Shown: positions 53,331-63,374, counted from the stretch's first letter. The stretch is DNA of 64,000 nucleotides from Alphaproteobacteria bacterium (GCA_964291415.2 OZ219917.1:544001-608000), one strand, 5' to 3'. Program-made: numbers and translations. Notes: a model not told the origin generated them from the sequence alone.

Positions 53331-54287
53331 TCAGTCTCCGCCAGCCCTCGCCAGCAGCCAGCGCGCGGTACCGAGATCGAGGTGTCCGCCGCCCGAGTTC
53401 TTGAAGAGCGTGATGTCGTCCACGTTGCGTCTGCCGGCGACCGTCCCCCGGGCGAGATCGAAGAGATCGCCGACGACATCATCCTCGGTGATGATGCCGG
53501 CCTCCAGCGGCTGGGAGATGTCGCCGACGCGATCAAGCGTGAACATGCGGGAGTCCATGTAGATCCTGGCGCGCCTCACGCAGTCATCATCGCTTTCGCG
53601 CATGTGTGTCTGGTAGCTTCCGACAAGGTCGAGATGGGCGCCCGTTGCGAGCCAGGCGCCACGAATCAGGGGCTCGCTGGCCATGGTGGCACAGCTGATG
53701 ATATCGGCCTCGCGTGCCGCCCCCTCGAGGTCGCCGGTCGCTTCCACCGCCAGGGAATCGATGGCAAGGCGCCGGGCCAGGGCTCTCGCCCGCTCCGGTG
53801 AACGGTTCCAGATGCGGACCACTTCCAGGGAAGGACGTACGGCCTTCATGGCCATGATGAGGTGCGGCGCCATGGCGCCGGCGCCCACCATGAGCATGGT
53901 GCGGGCATCCTCGCGGGCGAGAAAGCTGGCGCCCGTGGCCGAATCCGCGGCTGTCTTGCGCAGTGTCAGTGCGATTCCGTCGATGAGGGCGAGCGGTTTG
54001 CCGTCCTTGCCGTCGAAGAGCGCATAGACCCCCTGCACCGAGGGAAGCCCCGTACCGGTGTATTCGTTGTCGGGAAACACCGTGACGAGCTTGATTCCCA
54101 CCGCTTCGTCGCGCTGCCAGGCGGGAAGGGCCAGGAACACGTTGTCGGTCCCCGAGGGGCCCGGCTGGGACAGGTGAATGTCGCGCACCTCGTCGACGTC
54201 CTCGAGGTGAAAGCTCTTGAATCCCTCGACGAGTGCTGCGTAGTCCGCCAGTTCGTGGACTTCCCTGCCGGTGATGAAGCGGACCAT
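53331..54287 (-). CDS. Ornithine cyclodeaminase/mu-crystallin family protein
   Basis: GIKLVTVFP, LTLRKTAADS, GAGAMA, ITLFKNSG. Confidence 0.9.
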   Translation of the reverse strand: MVRFITGREVHELADYAALVEGFKSFHLEDVDEVRDIHLSQPGPSGTDNVFLALPAWQRDEAVGIKLVTVFPDNEYTGTGLPSVQGVYALFDGKDGKPLALIDGIALTLRKTAADSATGASFLAREDARTMLMVGAGAMAPHLIMAMKAVRPSLEVVRIWNRSPERARALARRLAIDSLAVEATGDLEGAAREADIISCATMASEPLIRGAWLATGAHLDLVGSYQTHMRESDDDCVRRARIYMDSRMFTLDRVGDISQPLEAGIITEDDVVGDLFDLARGTVAGRRNVDDITLFKNSGGGHLDLGTARWLLARAGGD

Positions 54288-54301
54288 CGCCGGGTGTCCG
54301 T

Positions 54302-54652
54302 TCAGACCGGCACCGGCGGCGACTGTTGAGGCTGTCGGTCGAGTTCCGACTTCAGGGTGTCGCGCTCCCGGGTCACCGAGGCGAGGTTCGTCTCGAGATG
54401 CTTCACGCGGCGTTTGCGCTCACCTGACAGCCGGCGGGACGGGTGGCCGCGCATCCAGACGAAGAGGCCGCCGAAGAGGGCCCCGGCGGCAAAGGACACG
54501 AGGACGACAAGGAAGACGGGAGCTATCACGACCCTCGGGTAGGGGAACAGCGACACTTCCATCTCCGTACGGTTGGCCAGCACGAAGACGATAATGGCGA
54601 GAGCCAGAAGGGCGCCAAGCATCCCGACACCGAGCATGAGGGGATTGCGCAT
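54302..54652 (-). CDS. lapA: LapA/DUF1049-family membrane protein
   Basis: Two TM helices with FVLANR..V.VSLFP, basic coiled C-terminus; follows ihfB. Confidence 0.8.
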   Translation of the reverse strand: MRNPLMLGVGMLGALLALAIIVFVLANRTEMEVSLFPYPRVVIAPVFLVVLVSFAAGALFGGLFVWMRGHPSRRLSGERKRRVKHLETNLASVTRERDTLKSELDRQPQQSPPVPV

Positions 54653-54662
54653 GGCGGCTGGT

Positions 54663-54956
54663 TCAGCCCTGCGTGCCTCTTGCGTTGAGGCGGTCGCGCA
54701 GGGGCTTGCCGGTCTTGAAGAAGGGCGCGCGCTTGGCCGCAACGTCGACTTTCTCGCCGGTTCGCGGGTTGCGCCCGGTCCGCGCCCGCCTCTCGCGGGC
54801 CGCGAACGAGCCAAACCCGCGCAGTTCGACGCGCCGTCCGGACTCCAGGGACCGGGCGATTTCATCGAAGATCGTGACGACGAGGCTCTCGGCCTCGTAC
54901 ATCTTGAGATAGGGATAGCGCGCGGCAACGAGCGCGATAAGGTCAGATCTCGTCAT
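54663..54956 (-). CDS. ihfB: Integration host factor beta
   Basis: MTRSDLI, RVELRGFGSF, GRNPRTGE, FFKTGK.LRDRLN. Confidence 0.95.
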   Translation of the reverse strand: MTRSDLIALVAARYPYLKMYEAESLVVTIFDEIARSLESGRRVELRGFGSFAARERRARTGRNPRTGEKVDVAAKRAPFFKTGKPLRDRLNARGTQG

Positions 54957-55020
54957 GAAGGGGATCCTGTTTTCCCGGTCACCGAGTCTGGTGCCGGCAC
55001 TGCTCGACTGTCAATGATCT

Positions 55021-55057
55021 CCATGGGGCGGGAGCCGGTCGGGCGCCCGCCCCATGG
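55021..55057. terminator. Strong hairpin downstream of the orphan SBP
   Basis: CCATGGGGCGGG / CCCGCCCCATGG perfect 12-bp inverted repeat; no long U tract. Confidence 0.6.
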
Positions 55058-55067
55058 CAGGAAAGAT

Positions 55068-56663
55068 TCAGGCTGTCGGATCCGTGAACCACCAGCGCTC
55101 CATCAGGCGGCCTCCGTCAAGGCCCCAGTTGCTGCCGATGTTGGGTCCGTGCGAGAGCGCCGTCGATGCGGCGTCGACGTTGTTCGCATAGGCCATCACC
55201 ATGGCTCCGCCTTCCATGGCACAGATCTGCTGCATTTCGCGGTACATCTCGCGGCGCAGCGGCTCGTCGAGCTCGGCGCGGGCCGCGATCAGCAGCTCGT
55301 TGAAGCGATCGTGCTTCCAGAAGGTGTCGTTCCATGGCGCATCCGCCGCGTAGGCGGTGGAGAACATCCAGTCCTCGGTGGGACGGCCTCCCCAGTAGCA
55401 TGTGCACCAGGGCTTGTTCATCCAGACATCGGCCCAGTAGCCATCGGCCGATTCGCGCACGACGTCGATTGTGATGCCGGCCGGAGCCGCGTGCTCCTTG
55501 TAGAGGACGGCGGTGTCGACGGCGCCGACGAACGCCGCCTCGGATGTCGACAGCTCGACGGTGAGACTGTCGAGACCGGACTGCTTGAGATACCACTTCG
55601 CCTTGTCGAGATCGAAGGTGGCATGCTCGATGTCGTCGGCGAAGTAGCGGTTGGCCGGCGTGATCGGCGTATCCTGGCCGACCAGTCCGTAGCCGCGCAG
55701 GACCTTGTCGACGATGTCCTGACGATCCATGGCATGCTTGAGAGCAAGGCGGACATTGTTGTCGTCGAACGGTGGCGTGTCCGTGCGCATGGGCAGGGTG
55801 TAGTGCAGCGTGCCCGTGGCCTCGACGAGATCGACGGCGGGATGCTGTGCCAGGAGGTGCGCCGTCTTGGTGTCGACACGGTCGATGACGTCGACCTGGC
55901 CCGACATGATGGCGTTCTGGCGCGAGGCCGGATCGGCGATCGTGGTCATCTCGACGGCGTCGAACCAGCCGTAGTCCGTCTTCCAGTAGTTCGCGTGACG
56001 TTCGAGGCTGGCGCGCACGCCGGGCTCGTACTCGACAACCCGGTAGCTGCCACAGCCGACGCCGGACTTCGGATCGGCGATGTTCCCCTCGCCGTCGCTG
56101 GGCTGGATGCCGAGATGGTAGTCGCTCATGATGAAGGGGTAGTCGGCATTGCCTTCCGTGAGCTGGATGACCACCGTGTCGCCGTCGACCCGCATGTCCT
56201 CGACCTGCTCGAAGAGGCTTGATACCGCGGAGATCGAATCCTCGCCGCGGTGATAGTTGAGGCTGGCGACGATGTCGTCGGGCGTGACGGTCTTGCCGTT
56301 GTGGAACTCGACGCCCTGGCGGATCTTGAATGTCCAGGTCTTGGCGTCGGGTGTGGCGTCCCATTCCTCGGCCAGTTCGGGTGCGAGCTGATTGGTTTCG
56401 TCGACGGCCGTGAGGTAGTTGAAGAGACCACCCATGCCCATGCTCGACGAGAACCCGTTCTCGAACGTCGCCGGATCGAGGGAATCGGTGGTTGAACCGT
56501 GCCCAAGGCCGATTCTCAGCGTGCCGCCGTGTTGCGGTTCGGCTGCTCTTGCCGCACCGGCTCCCAGCAGGGACGGACCGGCAACGGCCGTGGCGCCGAC
56601 GGCAGCCGCGCCGCCGAGGACGGTGCGCCGTGATGCGCCCTTCTTGTGGATTGTGTCACCCAT
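55068..56663 (-). CDS. Orphan ABC substrate-binding protein (family 5) with Tat signal
   Basis: SRRTVLGGAAAVGA twin-arginine signal; GGTLRIG, DSLDPA, ELAEEW, FHNGK, VRLALK. Confidence 0.92.
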   Translation of the reverse strand: MGDTIHKKGASRRTVLGGAAAVGATAVAGPSLLGAGAARAAEPQHGGTLRIGLGHGSTTDSLDPATFENGFSSSMGMGGLFNYLTAVDETNQLAPELAEEWDATPDAKTWTFKIRQGVEFHNGKTVTPDDIVASLNYHRGEDSISAVSSLFEQVEDMRVDGDTVVIQLTEGNADYPFIMSDYHLGIQPSDGEGNIADPKSGVGCGSYRVVEYEPGVRASLERHANYWKTDYGWFDAVEMTTIADPASRQNAIMSGQVDVIDRVDTKTAHLLAQHPAVDLVEATGTLHYTLPMRTDTPPFDDNNVRLALKHAMDRQDIVDKVLRGYGLVGQDTPITPANRYFADDIEHATFDLDKAKWYLKQSGLDSLTVELSTSEAAFVGAVDTAVLYKEHAAPAGITIDVVRESADGYWADVWMNKPWCTCYWGGRPTEDWMFSTAYAADAPWNDTFWKHDRFNELLIAARAELDEPLRREMYREMQQICAMEGGAMVMAYANNVDAASTALSHGPNIGSNWGLDGGRLMERWWFTDPTA

Positions 56664-57009
56664 GTCTCGTGACCTCCCGTGGTCTGGAAAAGTGATGAAG
56701 CCAATAGCGTGGTCGGCATGACGCCGAACGGTATCGTCATGATGACAGATTCCCCTGATTCAATCCACAAGGATGATTGCCCGTGGGCACGGGATTCTCC
56801 GATGCTCGAAGCGCGACACTCCTCCGTCTCGCCCAGCCGGTTGACTGCACCCCGGGAGAGGCTGTCGGTCGCGCGGGACGTCGTCGTCACGCGCCGAACG
56901 CCTACTGGTTTCAGAAGTTGACCCCGGCAGGTCGATGGGCATCAATCATCGAAGGCGCCGATCGGTGTTCGACACGCGCGCCCATACATATCCGAGACGA
57001 GGGAAGACC

Positions 57010-58201
57010 ATGATCGACGACACTTCCGCAGGCGGCACGACAATTCGATCCCGCCGCCGTGGCCGCAGCCTGCCCGTGTGGGGCGGGCGCTACGACCGTT
57101 TGCGAGCCTCGCCCTTCATCCCGTTCTACGAGGACCGCATCGGACCCGATGCCTCGTTTACGGTCTACAGCGGTCACATGTCGCCGGGATATCTCGACGA
57201 GGACGTCGAGGCAGAGTACTGGCACCTGCGCCGTCAGGCGACGCTGTTCGACGTGCCCGAACACGCCATCGAGTTCGTCGGTCCGGATGCCGCCCGGTTC
57301 CTCGACCACCTGATGCCGCGCCGCATCGCGCCGATGAAGGTCGGGCGCTGTCGCTACGGCTTCATGTGCTATCCGGACGGCGGCGTCCTGATGGACGGCA
57401 TACTCGTGCGCCTGGCCGAGGACCGCTTCCGCTACGTGCTGGCCGATGGCGAGATCTTCAGCTGGCTCAAGGCGCACCAGCCGGACTTCGACGTCGAGAT
57501 CATCGACACCGAGGACTGGGTGCTGCAGGTCCAGGGTCCGCGTTCCCTCGACGTGCTGGCGGCCCTGTGCGACGACGGCGCGCCCGATCCCTTTCCCTAT
57601 TTCGGGGCGGCCCGTGTCACGATGGCGGGCGAGCCTTTGCTCGCGACCCGCACCGGCTGGACGAGCGAGGTGGGATTCGAACTCTACGTGCCCGATGACG
57701 CCGACCACGGCGCCCTGTGGGACCACCTGACGGGCGTGGGCGGACGGCACGGACTGCGCTTCGCCGCCATGGCGTGCATGAACGTCCGCCGCATCGAGGC
57801 GGGCATTCTCAACAACGGCACCGACATGTCCCCTGCCATGACGCCCTTTGCCGCGGGTCTGGGCCGCTTCGTCGATCTCGACAAGGAAGGGATTCATCGG
57901 CCGCGACGTCCTGCTGGCGGCCGACCGGCGGCCGCGGCTGGTGGGCCTGAAGACGCACGGAAGGGTCGAGGCGGGCATGGCGCTGACGCTCGACGGCCAG
58001 AAGGTCGGACAGCTGACCGCCACGGCCTTTTCGCCATACCTGGGGCACTACGTCGGCTACGCGCTCTTCGAGGAGGCCGGGGACTGGATCGGCCGGCAGG
58101 TCGCCTGCGGAGATGACAGGGTGCCGGGCGAAACCCTGGACCTTCCCTTCTACGACCCCGAAAAGCTGATTCCACGGGGCAAGGCAAACGCAAAAGTCTG
58201 A
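57010..58201 (+). pseudogene. GcvT-family aminomethyltransferase (DmdA-like), one frameshift
   Basis: LFDVPE, GPDAARFL, RTGWTSEVGFE, RRIEAG; homology switches frame at DKEG|FIGRDVLL (extra G at 57889-57891); second frame ends LPFYDPEKLIPRG. Confidence 0.82.
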
Positions 58202-58388
58202 GCCGCCGCCAACGGACGCCGGACTCCGGATCCGGCACGCGCATGGTGCCGTCGGCGAGACGGGGGCGCACGACGCGTCGCCCGGTCCGCGACGATCTCG
58301 GGGCGCTCACGTTCCGGCTCCGCGTCAAACACCGGGCCACCTGCTCGCCGACAACGCGCACGAGCACAACATTCGGCGCCGGATTCGA

Positions 58389-58637
58389 GTTCTGCGCAAG
58401 GCCGGTTTCTGGCAACGCTACGCCCGCGAGCCCTTCGCCAAACGCCAAAAGGCGACCCTCAACAGGTTTCTCGATGGATTCGAAGGCAAGCTGACGGCGA
58501 GGAAATGGGCAGTGATCGGCACATGTTCGATACCGACGGCGCAGCGCGGCATCAATGAACTGGTCGAACGCGAAATCTTTCGCCGCAATCCGGGAGGCAG
58601 CAAGAACACAAGCTATGACCTGGCGATGGAAGCATGA
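58389..58637 (+). pseudogene. 5'-truncated Fic-family (DUF4172+Fic+wHTH) gene; C-terminal part only
   Basis: Manual translation VLRKAGFWQRYAREPFAKRQKATLNRFLDGFEGKLTARKWAVIGTCSIPTAQRGINELVEREIFRRNPGGSKNTSYDLAMEA*; no start codon, absent from the ORF track. Confidence 0.75.
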
Positions 58638-58808
58638 ACCTGTTCGCTGACTGCAAATCGTTGGGCGCTGCGGCGCGAAGCTATGCGACGTCTACCGATT
58701 GTGACGGGAAGACACCGGACTCGACCGCAACGAGAAAGAGAACGAAACTGCAAGAAACCTGGTTTACCGGGCCCTTGGTGCGTTCCCGGACCCCCCCTGC
58801 TTGAAGGA

Positions 58809-58884
<76 letters not shown>

Positions 58885-58906
58885 TCAAGGGAATCGGTGT
58901 TGTTGC

Positions 58907-58935
58907 AACCTATGGACAGGCGGCCACGGACGCAA
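58907..58935 (-). promoter_or_regulatory. Putative sigma70 promoter of tRNA-Ala
   Basis: TTGCGT-N17-TAGGTT on minus strand; same -10 as the tRNA-Ser promoter. Confidence 0.55.
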
Positions 58936-58947
58936 GACCGCCATCAG

Positions 58948-59187
58948 TCAATCCTCGATCTCGGGATCCTCCTCGCCCTCGACATCGTCGTCGGTCTCGA
59001 GGGTCACATCGGCATCATCGTCATCGTGGACAACGTCATCTTTCTGCGCCGCGGGCGGCAGACCGTCGTGTTCCATGGTGACGATCGTCCCGCATTGGGG
59101 GCAGTACGCAGGAGACCGGTTGAAGTCGTAGAACTTGGCGGAGCATGCCTTGCAGGTGTGCTTGGTACCCCATTCGGCCTTGGGCAT
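58948..59187 (-). CDS. TIGR02300 / FYDLN-acid zinc-ribbon protein
   Basis: MPKAEWGTKHTCKACSAKFYDFNRSPAYCPQCG plus acidic tail; divergent from aroA. Confidence 0.9.
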   Translation of the reverse strand: MPKAEWGTKHTCKACSAKFYDFNRSPAYCPQCGTIVTMEHDGLPPAAQKDDVVHDDDDADVTLETDDDVEGEEDPEIED

Positions 59188-59335
59188 GGTGTGGATCCCC
59201 GATCGAAGTGGTCATTCAAGGCGGCATGCCGGATATAGACTCAGCCATGATCTGTCAAAGGGAAGGTTGCGCCCGATGGGGTCTGGATTGACGATGAACC
59301 GCAGCCCCTGGATACCGGGCGCCGGAGAAGACGTC

Positions 59336-60679
59336 ATGAACCAGCCGACAAGGGCAGTGATCGCCCGCCCCGTGGCTCCGTTTTCGGGCACCGTGCGTGT
59401 TCCCGGAGACAAGTCCATCTCGCACAGGACGCTCATTCTCGGGGCCCTGACCGTCGGTGAAACCACCGTCGAGGGACTGCTTGAGGGCGAAGATGTTCTG
59501 GCGACAGCTTCGGCCATGAGGTTGCTGGGCGCCCATGTCGAACGTGATGCTTGCGGAGTGTGGCGCGTCAATGGATGCGGCATCTCGGGACTGAAGGAAG
59601 CCGAAGATGTTCTCGACCTGGGAAATGCCGGCACCGGCGTGCGGCTGTTGTGCGGAGTTGCGGCGGGACACCCCTTCACCACGTTCCTGTGCGGTGACAG
59701 GTCACTCTCGCGCCGGCCCATGGGTCGCGTCATCGAGCCCCTGGAGGAGATGGGAGCCCGGTTTGTCTGCCGCAGCGGGGGTTGCCTTCCCCTGGCCGTG
59801 ACAGGTGGCGATCCCCTGTTGCCTCTTCATCACGAGCTCCGGGTCCCGTCGGCGCAGGTCAAGTCGGCCGTGCTGTTGGCGGGCCTTCACGCACCTGGAA
59901 CCACCACGGTGGTCGAGAAGGCGCCGCTCCGCGATCACACCGAGCGTCTCCTGCGTGCCTTCGGCGCCTCCCTCGAGATCGTGCCGGGCGTGAACGGCCA
60001 GCGGTCGATCAGCATTGCGGGACAACCGGAGCTGTCTCCCGTCGACGTCCATGTTCCGGGAGATCCTTCATCAGCGGCCTTCCTTGTCGGCCTTGGCGCA
60101 GCGCTGCCCGGTGCGACACTGACCGTCAGGCATGTCGGCATCAATCCGACGCGGACGGGATTCTTCGAGACCCTGAAGGACATGGGGGCCGATCTGGCCT
60201 TCATCAATCGCCGCGAGATGGCGGGCGAACCCGTGGCCGATATCGCCGTCGAGGGTACGGTACTCAAGGGAATCGAGGTGCCTGTGGAACGGGCCCCCTC
60301 CATGATCGACGAGTACCCCGTGCTGGCAGCCATTGCGGCAACAGCCGAGGGTCCAACAGTCATGCGGGGTCTCGCCGAACTGCGGGTCAAGGAAAGCGAT
60401 CGCCTCGCCGCCGCCGCCGCCGGTCTCGCGGGCAATGGCATCAAGGTCGACGAGGAGCGGGACGGACTGGTGGTGCATGGCGTGGCTGGCCGGCCTCCGG
60501 GGGGAGGCTGTGTTGCCGTCAACCTCGATCACCGGATTGCCATGGCCTTCCTGGTCATGGGGCTCCTGTCGCGCGACGGCGTGGCGATCGACGATCCCGG
60601 GGCCATCGACACCAGTTTCCCGGGATTCATCCAACTCCTCGAGGGGCTGGGCGCGGAGTTTGGCGAATGGACGGGGTGA
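59336..60679 (+). CDS. aroA: EPSP synthase
   Basis: PGDKSISHR, GNAGTG.RL, SAQVKS, RDHTE, ELRVKESDR, DHRIAM. Confidence 0.97.
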   Translation: MNQPTRAVIARPVAPFSGTVRVPGDKSISHRTLILGALTVGETTVEGLLEGEDVLATASAMRLLGAHVERDACGVWRVNGCGISGLKEAEDVLDLGNAGTGVRLLCGVAAGHPFTTFLCGDRSLSRRPMGRVIEPLEEMGARFVCRSGGCLPLAVTGGDPLLPLHHELRVPSAQVKSAVLLAGLHAPGTTTVVEKAPLRDHTERLLRAFGASLEIVPGVNGQRSISIAGQPELSPVDVHVPGDPSSAAFLVGLGAALPGATLTVRHVGINPTRTGFFETLKDMGADLAFINRREMAGEPVADIAVEGTVLKGIEVPVERAPSMIDEYPVLAAIAATAEGPTVMRGLAELRVKESDRLAAAAAGLAGNGIKVDEERDGLVVHGVAGRPPGGGCVAVNLDHRIAMAFLVMGLLSRDGVAIDDPGAIDTSFPGFIQLLEGLGAEFGEWTG

Positions 60680-61320
60680 TCGTGATCGCTGTCGACGGGC
60701 CGGTGGCCTCCGGCAAGGGAACGCTCGCCCGCGACCTGGCAGCACGGACAGGCCTGCGCCACCTCGACAGCGGCATGATCTATCGGGCCGTGGCCTCCCT
60801 CGTTCTCGAGGCCGGTGTTGACGCCGGGAACGCCCAAGCATGCAGACGCGCGGCGGAACGTCTGGTTGCGGCGCATCTCGAGCGCCCGGGACTGCGCGAT
60901 CAGGAGATCGGTTCCACGGCCTCGCGCATCGCTGCCCACCGGGAGGTGCGTGCCGCACTCGTGGAGTTCCAGCGCCGCTTTGGCACGACGCCACCGGGCG
61001 CGGTCATCGACGGACGCGACATCGGCACCGTCGTCTTCCCCGATGCCGATGTGAAGTTCTTCGTCACGGCCCAGGTCCGGGCGCGGGCCGAAAGGCGTCA
61101 CAGGGAACTGGTCGCAAGGGGTGAGACGATCGACTTGCGCAGCGTGTTGGAGGAAATCTCCGCACGGGACCGCCGCGACAGTGAACGGACCTGGGCGCCA
61201 TTGCGCCAGGCTGACGATGCCGTCGTCATCGACACGACCGCGCTTGATGCCGCGGCGGCGGCGCAAAAGGCGCTCGACATCGTCCGCCAGCGCCTGGGTG
61301 CCCTCTCCGTTTTCGGTTGA
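60676..61320 (+). CDS. cmk: Cytidylate kinase
   Basis: IAVDGPVASGKGT, LDSGMIYR, DGRDIGTVVFPDA. Confidence 0.95.
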   Translation: MIVIAVDGPVASGKGTLARDLAARTGLRHLDSGMIYRAVASLVLEAGVDAGNAQACRRAAERLVAAHLERPGLRDQEIGSTASRIAAHREVRAALVEFQRRFGTTPPGAVIDGRDIGTVVFPDADVKFFVTAQVRARAERRHRELVARGETIDLRSVLEEISARDRRDSERTWAPLRQADDAVVIDTTALDAAAAAQKALDIVRQRLGALSVFG

Positions 61321-61444
61321 AGATGATGACGGCTGGCGCTATATCGGCGCCGCCACATGCGGTACGACCGGGTGTGGCGACCTCCGTCTCGCCCAGGCGA
61401 AATCCCAAAGCGGAGGCACCGGAAGCACACCCATCAGCTTCCGG
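61317..61444 (+). promoter_or_regulatory. rpsA promoter and structured leader
   Basis: TTGAAG-N17-TATATC (61317-61345); hairpins CCTCCG/CGGAGG (61381-61416) and CCGGAAGC/GCTTCCGG (61419-61444). Confidence 0.5.
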
Positions 61445-61465
61445 CAATCCAAGGAAATCAACTCC

Positions 61466-63355
61466 ATGACGAACGACATGAGCACGGCGCAGGACGCGCC
61501 TGCCTCCACCACGCCCGCAGCGGAAGAGAACTTTGAGGATCTCTTCAACGAGTTTCTTGAACGCGTCAACATTGTCGAGGGAGCGGTCACGAGCGGAACC
61601 GTCCTCGACATCCAGGGCGACCTGGTGCTGATCGATGTCGGACTCAAGGCCGAGGGGCGGGTGCCGCTTCGCGAGTTCAACACGGCCGGAGGCGAGCCTT
61701 CCGTGGCCGTCGGCGACAGGGTCGAGGTCTTCGTCGAGCGGCTGGAGAACAACCAGGGCGAAACGGTCCTTTCCCGGGAAAAGGCCCAGCGCGAGGAAGT
61801 CTGGAACCAGCTCGAAGCGGCCTTTGCGACCGGTGACCGCGTCAAGGGATACATCTACCAGCGGGTCAAGGGCGGTTTCACCATCAATCTTGGCGGCGCC
61901 TTTGCCTTTCTCCCTGGCAGCCAGATCGACATCCGTCCGGTTCGCGACGTCACACCGCTCATGGGCGAAGAGCACGAGTTCCGCATCCTCAAGATGGACC
62001 GCCGGCGCAGCAACATCGTGGTGTCCCGGCGTTCCGTTCTCGAGGATGAGCGTGCCGATCAGCGCGCCGAACTGATCGCCGGCCTCGCCGAAGGCCAGGT
62101 ACTCGAGGGTGTGGTCAAGAACATCACCGACTACGGCGCCTTCGTCGATCTCGGGGGACTTGACGGTCTGCTTCACGTGACGGACATGTCATGGCGGCGC
62201 ATCAATCACCCCACCGAGGCCGTCTCCATCGGTCAGACGGTGCGTGTCCAGGTCATACGCTTCAACCCGGAAAACCAGCGCATTTCACTGGGCATGAAGC
62301 AGCTCGAGACGGATCCCTGGGAGGGCGTGGGCGCCAAGTACCCGGTCGGCACCCGATTCACGGGACGCATCACCAACATCACCGACTACGGCGCCTTCGT
62401 GGAACTTGAACCCGGTGTCGAGGGTCTCGTCCATGTCTCGGAAATGAGCTGGACCCGCAAGAACGTTCATCCGGGCAAGATCGCCTCGACCAGCCAGGAG
62501 GTCGAGGTCGAGATCCTTGACGTGGATGCCGGCAAGCGCCGCATCAGTCTCGGCATCAAGCAGACCCAGAGCAATCCGTGGGAAATCTTCCTGATCGAAC
62601 ACCCGGTCGGCAGCGAGGTCGAGGGCGAGGTGCGGAACATCACGGAGTTCGGACTCTTCATCAACATCGGTGGCGACCTCGACGGCATGGTCCACATGTC
62701 CGATCTTTCCTGGCAGCATAACGCCGACGAGCAGATCGGGAAGTACCACAAGGGCGACCAGGTCAAGGCGAAAGTTCTCGACGTTGATGTCGACAAGGAA
62801 CGCATCAGTCTCGGGATCAAGCAGCTTGAACCCGATCCCTATGCCGATGCCATGGATGGCATCTCGCGGGGTTCCGTCGTGACCTGCACGGTGGCCCGGG
62901 TGACGGACGGCGGCGTCGAGGTGCTGATCAACGGAGTCGTTCCGGGCCTGGTCCGCAAGGCCGAACTGGCCCGTGACCGCAGCGATCAGCGGCCGGACCG
63001 CTTTGCTCCCGGGGACAGGCTGGATGCCAAGGTGACGAACATCGACAAGGCCTCCCGCCGCGTCTCCCTTTCCGTCAAGGCCCTGGAGATCGAGGAAGAA
63101 AAGAAGGCGATGGAGGCCTACGGCTCGACGGACAGCGGCGCCACCCTGGGCGATATCCTTGGTGCGGCCCTGTCGGCCCGCACTGCCGAAGCCGACGCCA
63201 GTGAAGAGGACGCCAACGAAGCCGAAGCCAGCGAAGCCGAAGCCAGCGAGGTCGAAGCCAGCGAGGGGGACGCCGGCGAGGGGGACGTCAGCCAAGAGGA
63301 CGAAGCCGGCGAGGATGCCAAGACGAGCGAGGACGACAAGGAATCCGGATCCTGA
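61466..63355 (+). CDS. rpsA: 30S ribosomal protein S1
   Basis: IDVGLKAEG, AFLPGSQID, repeated NITDYGAFV S1 domains, SGATLGDILG. Confidence 0.97.
   Translation: MTNDMSTAQDAPASTTPAAEENFEDLFNEFLERVNIVEGAVTSGTVLDIQGDLVLIDVGLKAEGRVPLREFNTAGGEPSVAVGDRVEVFVERLENNQGETVLSREKAQREEVWNQLEAAFATGDRVKGYIYQRVKGGFTINLGGAFAFLPGSQIDIRPVRDVTPLMGEEHEFRILKMDRRRSNIVVSRRSVLEDERADQRAELIAGLAEGQVLEGVVKNITDYGAFVDLGGLDGLLHVTDMSWRRINHPTEAVSIGQTVRVQVIRFNPENQRISLGMKQLETDPWEGVGAKYPVGTRFTGRITNITDYGAFVELEPGVEGLVHVSEMSWTRKNVHPGKIASTSQEVEVEILDVDAGKRRISLGIKQTQSNPWEIFLIEHPVGSEVEGEVRNITEFGLFINIGGDLDGMVHMSDLSWQHNADEQIGKYHKGDQVKAKVLDVDVDKERISLGIKQLEPDPYADAMDGISRGSVVTCTVARVTDGGVEVLINGVVPGLVRKAELARDRSDQRPDRFAPGDRLDAKVTNIDKASRRVSLSVKALEIEEEKKAMEAYGSTDSGATLGDILGAALSARTAEADASEEDANEAEASEAEASEVEASEGDAGEGDVSQEDEAGEDAKTSEDDKESGS
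63188..63292 (+). repeat. Degenerate 15-bp tandem repeat (7 units) in the acidic tail of S1
   Basis: Units of type gaagccgaagccagc encoding EADAS-EEDAN-EAEAS-EAEAS-EVEAS-EGDAG-EGDVS. Confidence 0.85.
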
Positions 63356-63374
63356 GCCAGCCGCCGTGAACCGA

